64,000 bases of DNA, taken from contig CM082592.2 of the NCBI GenBank assembly GCA_040954595.2, positions 7,675,677-7,739,676 of the forward strand, read 5' to 3'. This DNA comes from Balanoglossus misakiensis (lineage: Eukaryota > Animalia > Hemichordata). Below, piece after piece: positions 1-12,155 of the stretch. A program made the position numbers and the translations under genes. Numbering within the stretch: position 1 is the stretch's first letter; every line of letters starts with the position of its first letter. The notes beneath the pieces are model-generated. The model was not told the origin of the DNA. It ran no database searches and saw nothing but the letters and a program-made list of their open reading frames with translations.

Positions 1-322
1 TTGACACCTTTTTGTTGTTGTCGGGGTCACTGTCACGACAAATTAGCGCCAGTGGAAGCTTCATCTCTGAGTAACGCAATCGATCGTAACAACATGCACA
101 TTTGTACTTCCGCATTGGCGGCAACCGGCGGCAGTTACCTCTTGCCGCCTTGTGTGGATCCGTAGGCCCTACCGCTACCTCGTATCTCGACTGTTTTGAC
201 CATTCCGCAACACAAACACTCGAAGGAGGGGTAGGGTTACAGCAACCTATCTCGCCCACTAGACTGACATTGCTAGAGAATAGATACTGAGAATCTTGCT
301 TGAATCACCCTACACAATTCAG

Positions 323-2071
323 TTTCAGAAGGCAGAGTCTGATCTGAACTATGTCTCCAGGAAGTTGGATTCTGAATTTTCCGAGATGTCGGAAGAATCA
401 AATCAGGTATGAAAGTTTTCAAAAGTAGGGCCTTGTACTTATCAGTCTGAAATGGAAAACTGGAAAAAATGATTATAGCCACGCATAGATTTGCTGTATG
501 AAAACACTGTCATGCTCTCAACCGGAGGAAGGTGTGGCCATAGACCCTAGGGAAAGGGTCTATGGTGTGGCATATATCAGTATTCACTCATTGTAGACAA
601 CAGCAAACACCTCATTCTCGATTTCTCACTTCTGACAACACACAGGCCAATCCGAAAGACTTAGTGGAGAGACTGCAGAGTGTCAAGAAGGAACACGCGA
701 AAATAGTGGCGGAGACCGAGGAAATCAAGAAGGCTCAGCGGGAAGCAGCAGACTTCTTCAAGTCGCAGCTTCAGTTGGCGTGTCAGACTTTACAGAAGAT
801 TCACGATCAAGCAGGAACAGAGGTGAAAAATAGGATAGAATGAGATGCTACATATTTTTAATCTGAAAATTTCTTGTGCGGGCTTCTGCCAATTTTCTTG
901 TTTAACATTAGGTGTGAAAGGCGTTGGTTCTTTTGCTGCTGCTTGGTTTTAGTTATTTGACAGAAAGGTCATTTTATGTTTATTTATATTTTTGATCGCT
1001 GTAGGCACCTGAGAAGACTGAAGAGGAGCTGCTTGCAGAGTCTATGCTTGGGTTGGATGTGACACAAGACGTTGGAGAACCATCATCAGACACATCCCAC
1101 AGCAGTGTGGAGAGGAAGCATCCCAGGGAAGAGGCAACAAATGTATGTGTTTGGAGACTAGATTTTCATCTATCTGTTTCTTGTTGGGATTCACATGAAT
1201 GATACAAGGCAGTCCATACCAGTAATCATACTCAAATCAGGCACAACTTGCTCACAAAAAAATAATCCAATGAGTGAACTTTATCAGAAGGTTTCTTTCC
1301 ATTCACAGGAAGGGGCTTGTGCTTTTCCGAATGAAAATAGCCCTCCTTCACCAGAAGGTGAGTCTTGTTCTCAGTCAATCTTGAATCATCACGAGATGGT
1401 CACCCTAATGTCAATTCTCTAGACCCTCAAAGCTAAGACACAAAACTTCAATTGTCTTTAATCTTTCTGATAGTGTCAGAGGCCAGTTCATCAGACAGAA
1501 GATGCCAAGGTGAATATGTTGAAGTCAGCCAAGACGAGTTCATGTCAGTGTCATCTCTCGTCAGAGGCAGAGTCAAGCTAGAGGATGTAAATAGGGTAAG
1601 CCAATGCATAGCTGTAAGACTTTTCTTCCTATAAATTCTCTGGCCTCCATTCTTTAGCAAGCATTTGTATGTACAGTGTGCCTGACTTTGTGTTGTCTTT
1701 CAGGTCTATCAGAAACTGTATGAACACTTTCATACAGAGAAAAACAAAACACCCCTCACAAGACAAGATATGAGTAATATGAATCTGAGAATTACTGGTG
1801 CCACTGGAGAAGCAAAATTAAAGGTAGCCTGTGTTATCATGATGTTTTTTTACAAACATTTCAAATAAATTGTTGTGTCAGGTGTTATTACTTAGTTATA
1901 AAATGTCTGAGTCTAAGGTCCGTATAATTTGCTTCTGTCACTCAGGCTTACGTGTGATGAAGACTTTACTCAAGGAATTTACTGACACTTTTTGTTTCCT
2001 TTCTTGTTCAGGTGCTGAGAGCGTTGAAAATCATCAGTCTCAATCCAAAGGGCGATGTGAAACTCCTGTAG
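323..2071 (+). CDS. SKA2: Spindle and kinetochore-associated protein 2 with C-terminal extension (start exon not found in window, presumably upstream)
   Basis: GT-AG exons 323-406, 646-822, 1005-1142, 1309-1357, 1474-1595, 1704-1823 and 2012-2071 splice in frame to TAG. The first visible exon reads FQKAESDLNYVSRKLDSEF, matching the SKA2 N-terminus (human FQKAESDLDYIQYRLEYE), followed by NPKDLVERLQSVK (human NPVTLLKELSVIK). Confidence 0.88.
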
Positions 2072-2899
2072 TTGAAGTTTGTCTCTAGAGGGCGCCATCA
2101 GATTTCCTGTCAATGTGGGCTCCTGTTCGTCAACCTGTATATTGACGATAATTTCTCGTTACCGAGGGACACTGCCACATGAAATGTAACGCTGATTTAG
2201 GCTGAAACCACTGTATTCTGATTGAAACCACTGTATTCTACTGCCATGTTGGGATTGTAAACTGTTTTTCAACCTCAGCGAAGAACTTTGAAAATGTGTG
2301 ACAGAGTGAATATTGAGTTCACAGTAGAGTTTATATTTAAGAAACAAAAATTATTTGTGAATACATTCATCACGCCTCGAATGCATGTAAATACTGTACA
2401 GAAAGGTCACAGGAAAGAAAAATACAATGTAATCTGGATGTTTATATTTGTGAAAGGCCATTGTTAAAGTAGATGTTTTGCATCAAAACTTCTGGAATCA
2501 CAACTCACAACTGCAGAGACTTGACTGTAACACGTTAGATCACTATAAAAAGCCCAAACTGGGTAACAATGAACTTTTTGATCTTTCTCATATTTTTTAC
2601 CCGAAAACAAGTATGTCCCCAGAGTCTCAACTCCCAATGAACGTACGTTAAGAATAGCAATGCGATGCGCGGCTTTGTATGATATATGAGTTTGCACAGG
2701 GCTAGAAATGACAGAGCGAGAAGTTGATTGAACGGTTTTGGAACACGCTAAACCAAGCTTTGCGTTGTCACCGTGACTGGGCCTGATAAAGGGGTGTAGA
2801 GAGTTTACATAACTTCAAGATGCGTATCGCACCGCCGAGCAACGGTTGACCGTTTGCGTACAGTTACGTGTGGTGCGAAGCGGATTTCTAGCCGGCGAT

Positions 2900-5800
2900 A
2901 TGGACAGTAGTCAGTCCAAAACTACCGCCAATGACAAGCCATGCAACGGGCAAGATTTCGGTGGCCTCGATGAAAACTCTAAGGAGATGGAGCAGTCAAA
3001 ATTGCAGCTGTCGGAGACGGCCGAGCCGCCCGAAGAAGAGCGGGAAAGCTGGAGCAAAAAGGCGGACTTCATTCTAGCGTGTGTCGGCTACGCCGTGGGC
3101 CTGGGCAATGTTTGGCGGTTTCCATATCTGGCGTACAAAAGTGGCGGGGGTGAGTCTGGCTCGGGTTTGCATTACCGATTCTTGCATGCCACAAGCTCAA
3201 AATGAGTTTGACCATGACGCCATGCTTTCGCAGAACAGATAACGGTACTGATGCCAGCGCCCGTCTTCTTGCGGAATCTACCGGGATGGGGGAAACACCC
3301 GCCGCGTCCCATGCGGACACTTCGATCGCTCACACAAGCCACTTCAAGGCCACTGGTGGCCACAGTTACACGTGAAGTAACTTAGCAACGATATGATTTA
3401 TGTGCAAAGTGTTTGGGCCGATTATTACCAATGACATATTTGTTATTAAACAAATGCCATAAATGTATTTTTTTGCTTGCTGTTATCACTTGGGGTGCAA
3501 ATTTTGTACCTGTAAAGTTTCAAAGCCCTTTCGTGGCCAACAAACATGGATTTGCATAACAGATTACAACCGCAGATTTGAAAATTGCATGAGGTGTCTT
3601 TTTACTTGATCACGAACCTATATTTGTATTCCAAAAACATGTTTTACACCGGCTCATTTTGTTGTTTGCTCATTCAAATTTTGCCGAGTCATCCATGGTA
3701 AAAATTCGTAGAAGCTATTTGCTACCAAAGTTTTTTAAAGTCCCTGAAAGAAAACTAGAATACAGCCGGCAAGATGCTTTGGCAATCGGTACCGCATTGT
3801 CATAACAACTGAATAGTGCCTTGCAAAGGGTGGTTGGTTTAATAAATGTTTAGTTAACTTTTAGTTCACTGCGACGGGTCGAACAAATTTCCAGTTCGGT
3901 TCGTGAAAGCAAACACACCCCATCTCTCTTGATCCAAATCTTTTGTTCTTGCAGGGGCTTTCCTAATTCCATATTTCATAATGTTGATATTTGTTGGCAT
4001 CCCTCTGTTGTATATGGAATTAGCCCTGGGACAGTATCTCCGTCTGGGCCCGGTCGGGTCGTTCAAGAAGGCCGCGCCGCTGCTGAAAGGTAGATTTGCA
4101 ATATATTAATATGATATTATCATATGTCAGTATAAAATTCGAATGTGACTCCCTGTAAAATGCTTGCCGGTCGGTATTGTGATAGACAAGCATTATTAAA
4201 TGTGCCAAGAAATCAAACCGCCCAATTTCACTGACACCCACCCCTACATAACATATCTGTGATCGTTGCTTTCCACAAGGTACTGGAGTCGCCGCAGTGA
4301 TGTTGTCGTTTTTACTCAGCACGTACTACAACGTCATTCTGGCGTGGGCGCTGTTCTACCTCGGCGTATCGTTCATCAGCCCGCTACCCTACGGTACGTG
4401 CGGGAATTGGTGGAACACGGTCGACTGTTTCTCCTACGAAGATCTTGACAGGCTGGGCGACAACGGAACCAGACCGAACAACAGTGTTTCTCCAACGGAA
4501 GAATATTACAAGTAATCATGAACGATATATTTGAATTATTTATCCTTTCTGAAGAGCTTACAACTACCACATGTGTCTCGATATCTTTACATCTTATGGA
4601 TAAAAAATATGCTGTCGCTTGAAACGCGTTTTCGTTTAATAGTTACAGAGTTCTCCAGATGTCTGATGGCATCGAAAACTTCGGAACAATTGTCTGGGAA
4701 CTGCTGGTAGTGCTGAGCATTGCATGGATTATAGTCTACCTGTCGATCTGGAAGGGCGTCAAACTTATGGGGAAGGTAGGCAAATTCACGGACAATGGGT
4801 TCTTTCCACTTGCGTGTGATTTATTAAGACTACATGTGCACATACATATCAAACGTCTTTTTCCTCTTATAGATTGTCTACTTTACGGCCACATTTCCTT
4901 ATTTCGTGCTGATTTCGCTGCTCATATACGCTTGCACGTTGCCTGGTGCCGAAGACGGCATCAAATACTTCTTCGTGCCGGACTGGGAATTGCTGTTGGA
5001 CCCTGGGGTGAGCATCCGATACTGCGGTTCATTTTGGTATTTTGATGTACAAAGTCAGCCTCCTTTTGAACACAACAAATTGCCGTTTCGTTGACAGGTG
5101 TGGACTGCTGCGGCTGCGCAGAACTTCAACTCAATAGGAATCGGCTTCGGTTCCCTCATTGCGATGTCGAGTTACAACAAATTTAACAACAATCTCTTCG
5201 TGTAAGTACATTTACTTCAAAATCCAAAATCATTGGCGAATCCAAATCCCATAGATTGCCCCCCCCCCCCATTTCAATACGTTCCTTCCAAAATAACCCT
5301 GTCCGCCGTCTGTAGCAGTATACATACGTCACATGTAGAAAACAGACGGAACTGTTGGGCTTTCATACTTTCGATGTGGAAACCGCGACTTCGCATTCGA
5401 ACTACAAAAATAGACTCTTTCCATTGCAGTGATACTTTGACTGTCTCTCTCATCAACTCTGCCACGAGCCTACTCGCCTCCTGCACCATATTTGCCATGT
5501 TGGGCTACATGGCCCACATAGCTGGTCCAGAAACCACGGTTGATGACGTAGTAACTGATGGTGAGTCATGATTGGTGGAAGACCGACCAGCCCCGTGGTA
5601 AATTAATTATAAGAACCATGTGTATAATGGCGACAGAGGTTTTGTAGTCGAATGAGAACATCGGTACAGGACAAGTGTTGTCTTTGAATGCCGACGGCGA
5701 CTTCTCTCAAATTTACGCGAACACACACGCAACCAAGAACTGTACAACAAAGTTAGCGTTTCATGTTGCACCTTTCTCTAGGGTCTATGGTTGCATGTGT

Positions 5801-7690
5801 ATTAAGTTTGAAAGCGATTCATTTGTGAAACACCTGAATATCTGTATGTCCCGTGATAACGATAAACATACCACACACAGGCCCTGGATTGGTGTTTGTG
5901 GCCGTTCCCAGCGCATTTCCCGAGATGCCAGGCGGCAATGTTTGGTCTTTTCTCTTCTTCTTCATGGTCTGCTGTCTGGCAATCGACAGCCAGGTAAGAT
6001 TCTCATCGTCCACCAATTGAATGCGATCAAGTTGAATGTGGCGCTAACTATTTCAGTTCGTCAAAATCCCGCGCCACGAAATATTTGTAGATGTTTTATC
6101 TCACGGTAGGCCTAGGCCTTAGCCTTTACCACACCAGACCAGCTCGCCTTGTCACATCACATCACATCTGTCATGTTGGCATCACGACCAAGGCTTTTTA
6201 CACCTTTCCCGCGCTTACATGTCGTTCTGTAGTTCGCCATGACGGAGGTTGTCGTGACAACGTTAATGGACGAATTTCCACAACTGGTGAAGAAATATCT
6301 GCGACGGAAGGAGCTGTTGGTCCTCTGCGTTTGCCTGGTGGCATTTTCGATTGGTTTGCCGACCATATTCGAGGTGAGGAGAGACATAAACGGTGCGCTC
6401 ACGTTATCGGACGAGTATGAGACAAGAAGGATGAAATCAACCGTTTGCTTTCTTTCCTAACCCATCTTTTCGGATATGTAGTGCATTGAGCCTAATTGGC
6501 TGACTGAGTGACTCTGTGTTTGGTTCTGGCGGGAGACTTAGAACATGGTCTCCGGTGAAGAATCTTCCATCCACCATGGCCACTGCAGGTTTGGGATTGC
6601 CAGAAATTTCGCACGGGTGATTCGATCTCAGACAAACGCTTTTCATCTGTTTCTATCTTCTTAGGGTGGTATATATTGGTTTCAATTGATGGATTGGTAC
6701 ACGGCCATCGTCTCTGTGATCATTGTAGCACTATTTGAAGTAATCGCTGTGTGCTATATTTATGGTGGGTAGACTCAGTCTGGTAGATAAGTCTGGTAGT
6801 TGGAAGTTTAAACGCGAGCGCACATCAAATTAGCAACTGGTTCTGTGCTATGAAACATAGAGTACTCTTTAACACAATTAGCCATGTGTCACAAGTGAAT
6901 GACCATTTTCAAAATTTGCAAGTGCACCTTCATGAATCTAAAACGCGCATGGTTTTTTTTTCGAAGGCGTTGGGCGACTTTCCCGTAATGTGACGGAAAT
7001 GATGGGTGAGAAACCGAACATCTTCTTCAGAATTTGCTGGTGGGTTATATCACCAGTGCTGTGTTTCGTAAGTAATTTCCGATATGAAATATCCATTTAA
7101 AATTCGCTACAGTACTGTTCGATTGCTGGTTGTTTTGGTCTGTTCGTCTAGAGGAAGCACTCGTGTCTCCTCCATTGATGTTTTGAAATTTCGTGAGAGT
7201 GCCACTTTCGTTTTACTTGCAGATCATCTTCATTTCAAACTGTGCCTCGTACGAGGTTGTGACGTATGGAGATTACGTGTATCCTGGTTGGGCGGAAGTA
7301 CTTGGCTGGATTGTTGCGTCACTGTCTATCGTCTGGATCCCCGTCGGTATGGTACACGCCTTGTTGACAGCCGAAGGCAACATTGGCCAGGTATTGAGAA
7401 ACACTATGGGCATGCGTGTTATTGTGTTGCCTTGAAAATGTATGTATGAAATGTATTCTACAAGATTCAATATTTTGAAGTCTAAGCATGGATACATAAT
7501 TGGGTAACCCTATGTTTCTTATTGTCTTATCCAGAGACTTCTGTGGACTTTGAAACCGCAGGTCGAAGTGGCTGAAGTGAAAAGAAACGGGGTGTCTGAC
7601 GTGAGTGGAAAGTACAACGTCGCCGTAAACGGCGAACTTGCATCGACTGAAAGTACGAATATTGAACTCACGGAAGTGAACAAGATTTGA
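2900..7690 (+). CDS. SLC6 Na+/Cl- dependent neurotransmitter/osmolyte transporter, inebriated (ine)-like
   Basis: ATG 2900; first exons 2900-3149, 3955-4089, 4280-4511; further exons to a last exon 7535-7690 (TGA). SLC6 motifs [45 protein letters not shown]2 disulfide [26 protein letters not shown] and [12 protein letters not shown]6 [32 protein letters not shown] has the QNFNS variant recalled for insect inebriated rather than QIFFS. Confidence 0.92.
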
Positions 7691-8032
7691 AGCGAACACT
7701 CTCCCGTGTTCAGAGAGTGTCTCTAGAGGGCGTTCAGTACGCATACCTTCGGTTTTTGTAAAACCTTAAAATTATACGAATTGAAATTTATGTGGTAAGA
7801 AATTTGTATGATGATTACACTTTTATGTCACATATATACAGTATTGAAATTGTCTGTCGCCGGTAATAAATTCTGTTTTTTTTAAATATTATTTTATACG
7901 ATAATGCCCAATAGAGTACTGTTGCCATGGTGATGATAAAGTAAAATGGGCCAAAAATAAAATGCTGCAGATTCCATCCAAATTGGAACGCTCCTGATTG
8001 CCTTCGATCAGCTCTTGGGGCCTACATAGACA

Positions 8033-8033
8033 C

Positions 8034-8094
<61 letters not shown>
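8033..8094. repeat. (GAT)n trinucleotide microsatellite, ~20 units
   Basis: Uninterrupted gatgatgat run downstream of the SLC6 gene. Confidence 0.97.
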
Positions 8095-8098
<4 letters not shown>

Positions 8099-11000
8099 GT
8101 TACATCAATGTACAAATCGGCCTTAATTTCAACACATACTCCCCAAACTTGATTCAGATATTATCTTACCGAATCTGAAATTGAAATATGAAGGTCGAAT
8201 GTCAAGCGAAGTGAAAGTAGCATATCCGGGGCCTGTAGCCCCTGAGCTTCTTAATCATAAAACCGTACAGGTGATTATAGCAGCTTAGTTTCTTGTAACT
8301 GCGATTTAAAGAGTTTCAGTAATACTTTACATGTCATATGACCCTTTCAAAAGTACACTGCAGAATTAAATCTAAGATATGTCTGCCTTAATGGCTGTTT
8401 TAATGGAAATGCGGTTTTTTGGATCGCCTTGTGATGTCTACTGCAAGAGCAGTTCTGATTTCCTGTTTGACTGGTGACACTCGCGAGACCTGATTATTAC
8501 CTCAGCAGCGGTTTTTGGGTATCAACTGGAGTTTCCTGTTGTACTCAGTCTCTGTAAAAACATCACAAAATTGCTTTTGTGCTATCCATAATTGTTATTG
8601 TTGAACACTAAATTCAATGCTAAATAACGTCTCTACCACATCAACCAATCACAAACTTCACAAAATGCACCTGTTGAAAGACGCATCTCGATTGGATAGT
8701 TGTCAGGCAGCGCATTTGTCAGGTGGTCAGTGAGGTGTCACGCTTCCGTCATTCTGAACCCAGTCCTTGACGTGAACACATCATGGCTGAAAGTAGTGAC
8801 GAGAATGACCTATTCATTTACCCAGAGAAATTTCCGATACCCAAGTGAAAGTGAAGGTCAAGACTGTGACGATATGGACAGGATTTTCCAAGATTGTGGT
8901 AGCGTCATGGAAGATAACCACGGACCATGGAAAGTGACGTGACGAAAATCCATGGTGCCTTTTCTCTTGGATTGCAGCCCCCCATTGTGCACATCTTCTA
9001 CTGTAAGTACCGTTTTTCTCTCATTTTTTTCTCGAAACTGGTAAATTTAGAGTTATTTTATAGATAGGCATTTTGAATTGTACGTCAGCAGGTACTACAA
9101 GAAAGTGTGGTACATCGAAAAGAAACAGAAACTCGTGTGCGAGGTCACACGAAACTCAAACCAAAGGTCAAGCCCCGCAATAGTCTGTACACTGGGAAGA
9201 CTGCTTCCCGGAAGTGGCGTCGTTTCATTCAAAATGAACAATGACTGAAAGTACCTTCTGTCCAAGTTATCTCGTGTGTTGTGAGTGGATGTTATTATGC
9301 CAGGTGCATGCAGTGCAACATCTGCATATTCAGTACTCCGGTGCAGTGTGCAAAATCGAGAAATTGCACTGCACCTGTGCAGTATCTCGGCGAGCAATAT
9401 GCAATAGCACAGGTTATGTCCGACGACAACAAAAAGTCTGGGCACGTGTAGTGTTGTAATCAAAATTACATTCATTCACCAACCCGCGGTTTTTAAATTC
9501 GATCAAGAATAAACTAATTTGTCTCGGACAGAAATCTGAGTCACTAGTTGGTAGTTGACACCGCAGAAAAAATAAGCATATTTTCTTGTAACATGAACGG
9601 TTACAAACACCACACTAACGCGTTTAAAATTATTGAACGGCAGTTTTTTTTTACCGTCGGACGAATCTCTAAGACGGAAACATGGGCGCGCACAATACAA
9701 TACTATTAAAAATTTAAATAGACTGAGGCAATCGGATGAAACTTGGGTCCTTGTACCACTCAGGCTTCTGTATAATCTTCCTAATTGAATTGAATTGAAG
9801 TATGACCTCCATCTTCAGGCATTACACTGACATTTTTACAATCTTGCGATGAAATTGTATAGAACCAGTCAAGATAGGCGCCCTTGGGGTAAAATAAACC
9901 TAGTGGCGTTGATAAAAGATGTCCTTCGAATATTTTCGTGGTTTTTTATTTACCTGTAAGCATTATGTAGAATTCTACCCAGAGAGGATTATAAGGATTC
10001 CCGCCATGTTAACATTTGCAGGCATTTCAAAAATCACGTTTCATACCAGAATTTAGCACGTATTAGAATTTGGCAAAATTTTCTAATGATTAAGATATGC
10101 CCAGCATGCTGTAATTTCCAAACTGACCTTTATTCCGTTGAGAATACCGTCAAGTGTGATTGAGAAAAATCATGGGGAATTTTCACACTTTGCCTTTCAA
10201 GGCGAGAATGGTGAGTGAAGATCATTAGAATCTGTCCAGTGTAGGTGTGAAAACGGCGTTCTTGACTTCTTTCGCCAGTCTGTCTGTCTGTTTGTTCGTT
10301 GATTTGCCCGTTAGCCTCTCCACCGTATCTGCCCACCTGCCTACGAGTACACGCCTGTCTGCTGAGCTCTCCGCATGCTTCCTCTTGGTTAACCCACCCG
10401 TCATACACCCCACCACCCTCCCGTCCCTCCACCCACCCATCCGCACAAATTTCTGCCCACCAGGGCACTTGAACCATTTTCCCGCCCCCTGTACTGATAT
10501 AACCTTGTATTGCGGCATGTTTTCCCGCCGAACAATGGAAACCTCTCGATTTAATATCCACTAATAATTGGTATTTTAACCTAAATGTCAGATAAATTAG
10601 CAATGGAAAACACGAGCTGAATACTGCGCTTGATTACGATGATATCAAACTGGCCGAGTCACTTTGAAAACGCGAGGATGCACGTTTTGACAGAAAATTC
10701 AATATCTGAAATTATAATATGCTATTTTGTCGTCTGCTTTGTTGCGGGTTTGTGCTGGCGCAGAGGACACGAAACGTCTTATGGACGCCAAACTATTATT
10801 ACAAAACAGGATTGCTCTCACCTCTGCGCATTGAAGATAACACGAAAATGTGAACGAACTATAAACTTTCAGTTTTATTCTCGAATGTGCTCAGATTGTA
10901 AGATGTCAATCGGAACATATATTACGCGAACAAATCCGCGCTGACACAGGCTTTAATATTTCATCAGGCTGCCTTAAATTTCGCGGATTACTGTAATTTA

Positions 11001-12155
11001 TTTAATGCGTTCAATATTTCAGGAACAAAGATGATCAGGTTAGAAAATGCAGAAAACGACAGGATTATGGCCAACATATGTTTCCATTCATACAAGGACA
11101 AATATAGCATTACAAGGTTTAGATATTATATGCTCATGTTGCAAACATCTCCAGCTTTCGTTATTTTTTATCGCCCTACCTTGTGGGAGCAGGTGTTTTG
11201 CTGAAACTGCGGAAGTCTTAAAAACTTAACTTTATAAGTTGGAAATGGTGTGCGGCGGGTTCTTTTGATTACAAAAAACGCACACAACAGAAAAAAAATC
11301 AGATGATATTATTTACGGCGCGTATTATAAATCATGTCATCAATGAATCCATATGTTATACTTGGAATCGGTAAAAATTTCGATAAAACTTACAGAAAAG
11401 TTTATTTGTAGGTACGACGTTACTCTATAATCAAATATTCACGCCACACTGTTGTCAAAATTGCCCCGTCGATTTGGATAAATCCAACTGAGCTAGGCCT
11501 CTACCAAGTCCTGAATGTGACAAGTTGTCTGCCACCTCCCATATCTTTTGTTCCTCTCCTACTTGATCGATCTCAGCACTCAAATTACTCATCGCATTGA
11601 AGGAATTGCGCCAGAGTGTAAGTACACGGGAGATATGGATGGCAAACCTCGTTATGGGAATGGATATACGCATGGCTGCACGTGCGTGTGCGGTGCCTTG
11701 TCGTCCATATTAGGGCTTCCCTGCAATTAAGCGCCATTTGTTGCTGGGTGCGGCAATGTGACTGTTCGCAGCGTCAGCGCCTCCGGAGACCAATCCCACG
11801 GCGCGTCCTTGGCAACACGCACTTGTCCCGCGGGAAAAGTGATACGTGTAGTTCGAGTGCTATAATTGTCAGGCCAGCAGAGCCTATTTGTTGTCCGAGG
11901 AAATTTTGTTTTGTGGAGTGTTCTAGGCCTACATGACTTGACTTGACAGGGCAGCATTGCATCGGCAAGAGAAGACAGTTGTGTGGTGGTGAAAAACCTA
12001 TGCAGTTATAGAGCTGTAATTATAACCGACTGCAGTGTTGTTTACGCAAGAAAGTCACTGGAGGGCAGAAGGGCACTGGGTGATACCCGTCGTGCTGCAC
12101 ATAAAAAGACGCACTTTCCACCATCTGTTTCGTATAAAGCGACCACAAATGAGTG

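Noticed and set aside
10130-10603. Overlapping 97-157 aa ORFs in the intergenic region
   Set aside because: They arise from low-complexity (TCTG)/(CCAC) degenerate repeats, with no recognisable domain or splice structure.
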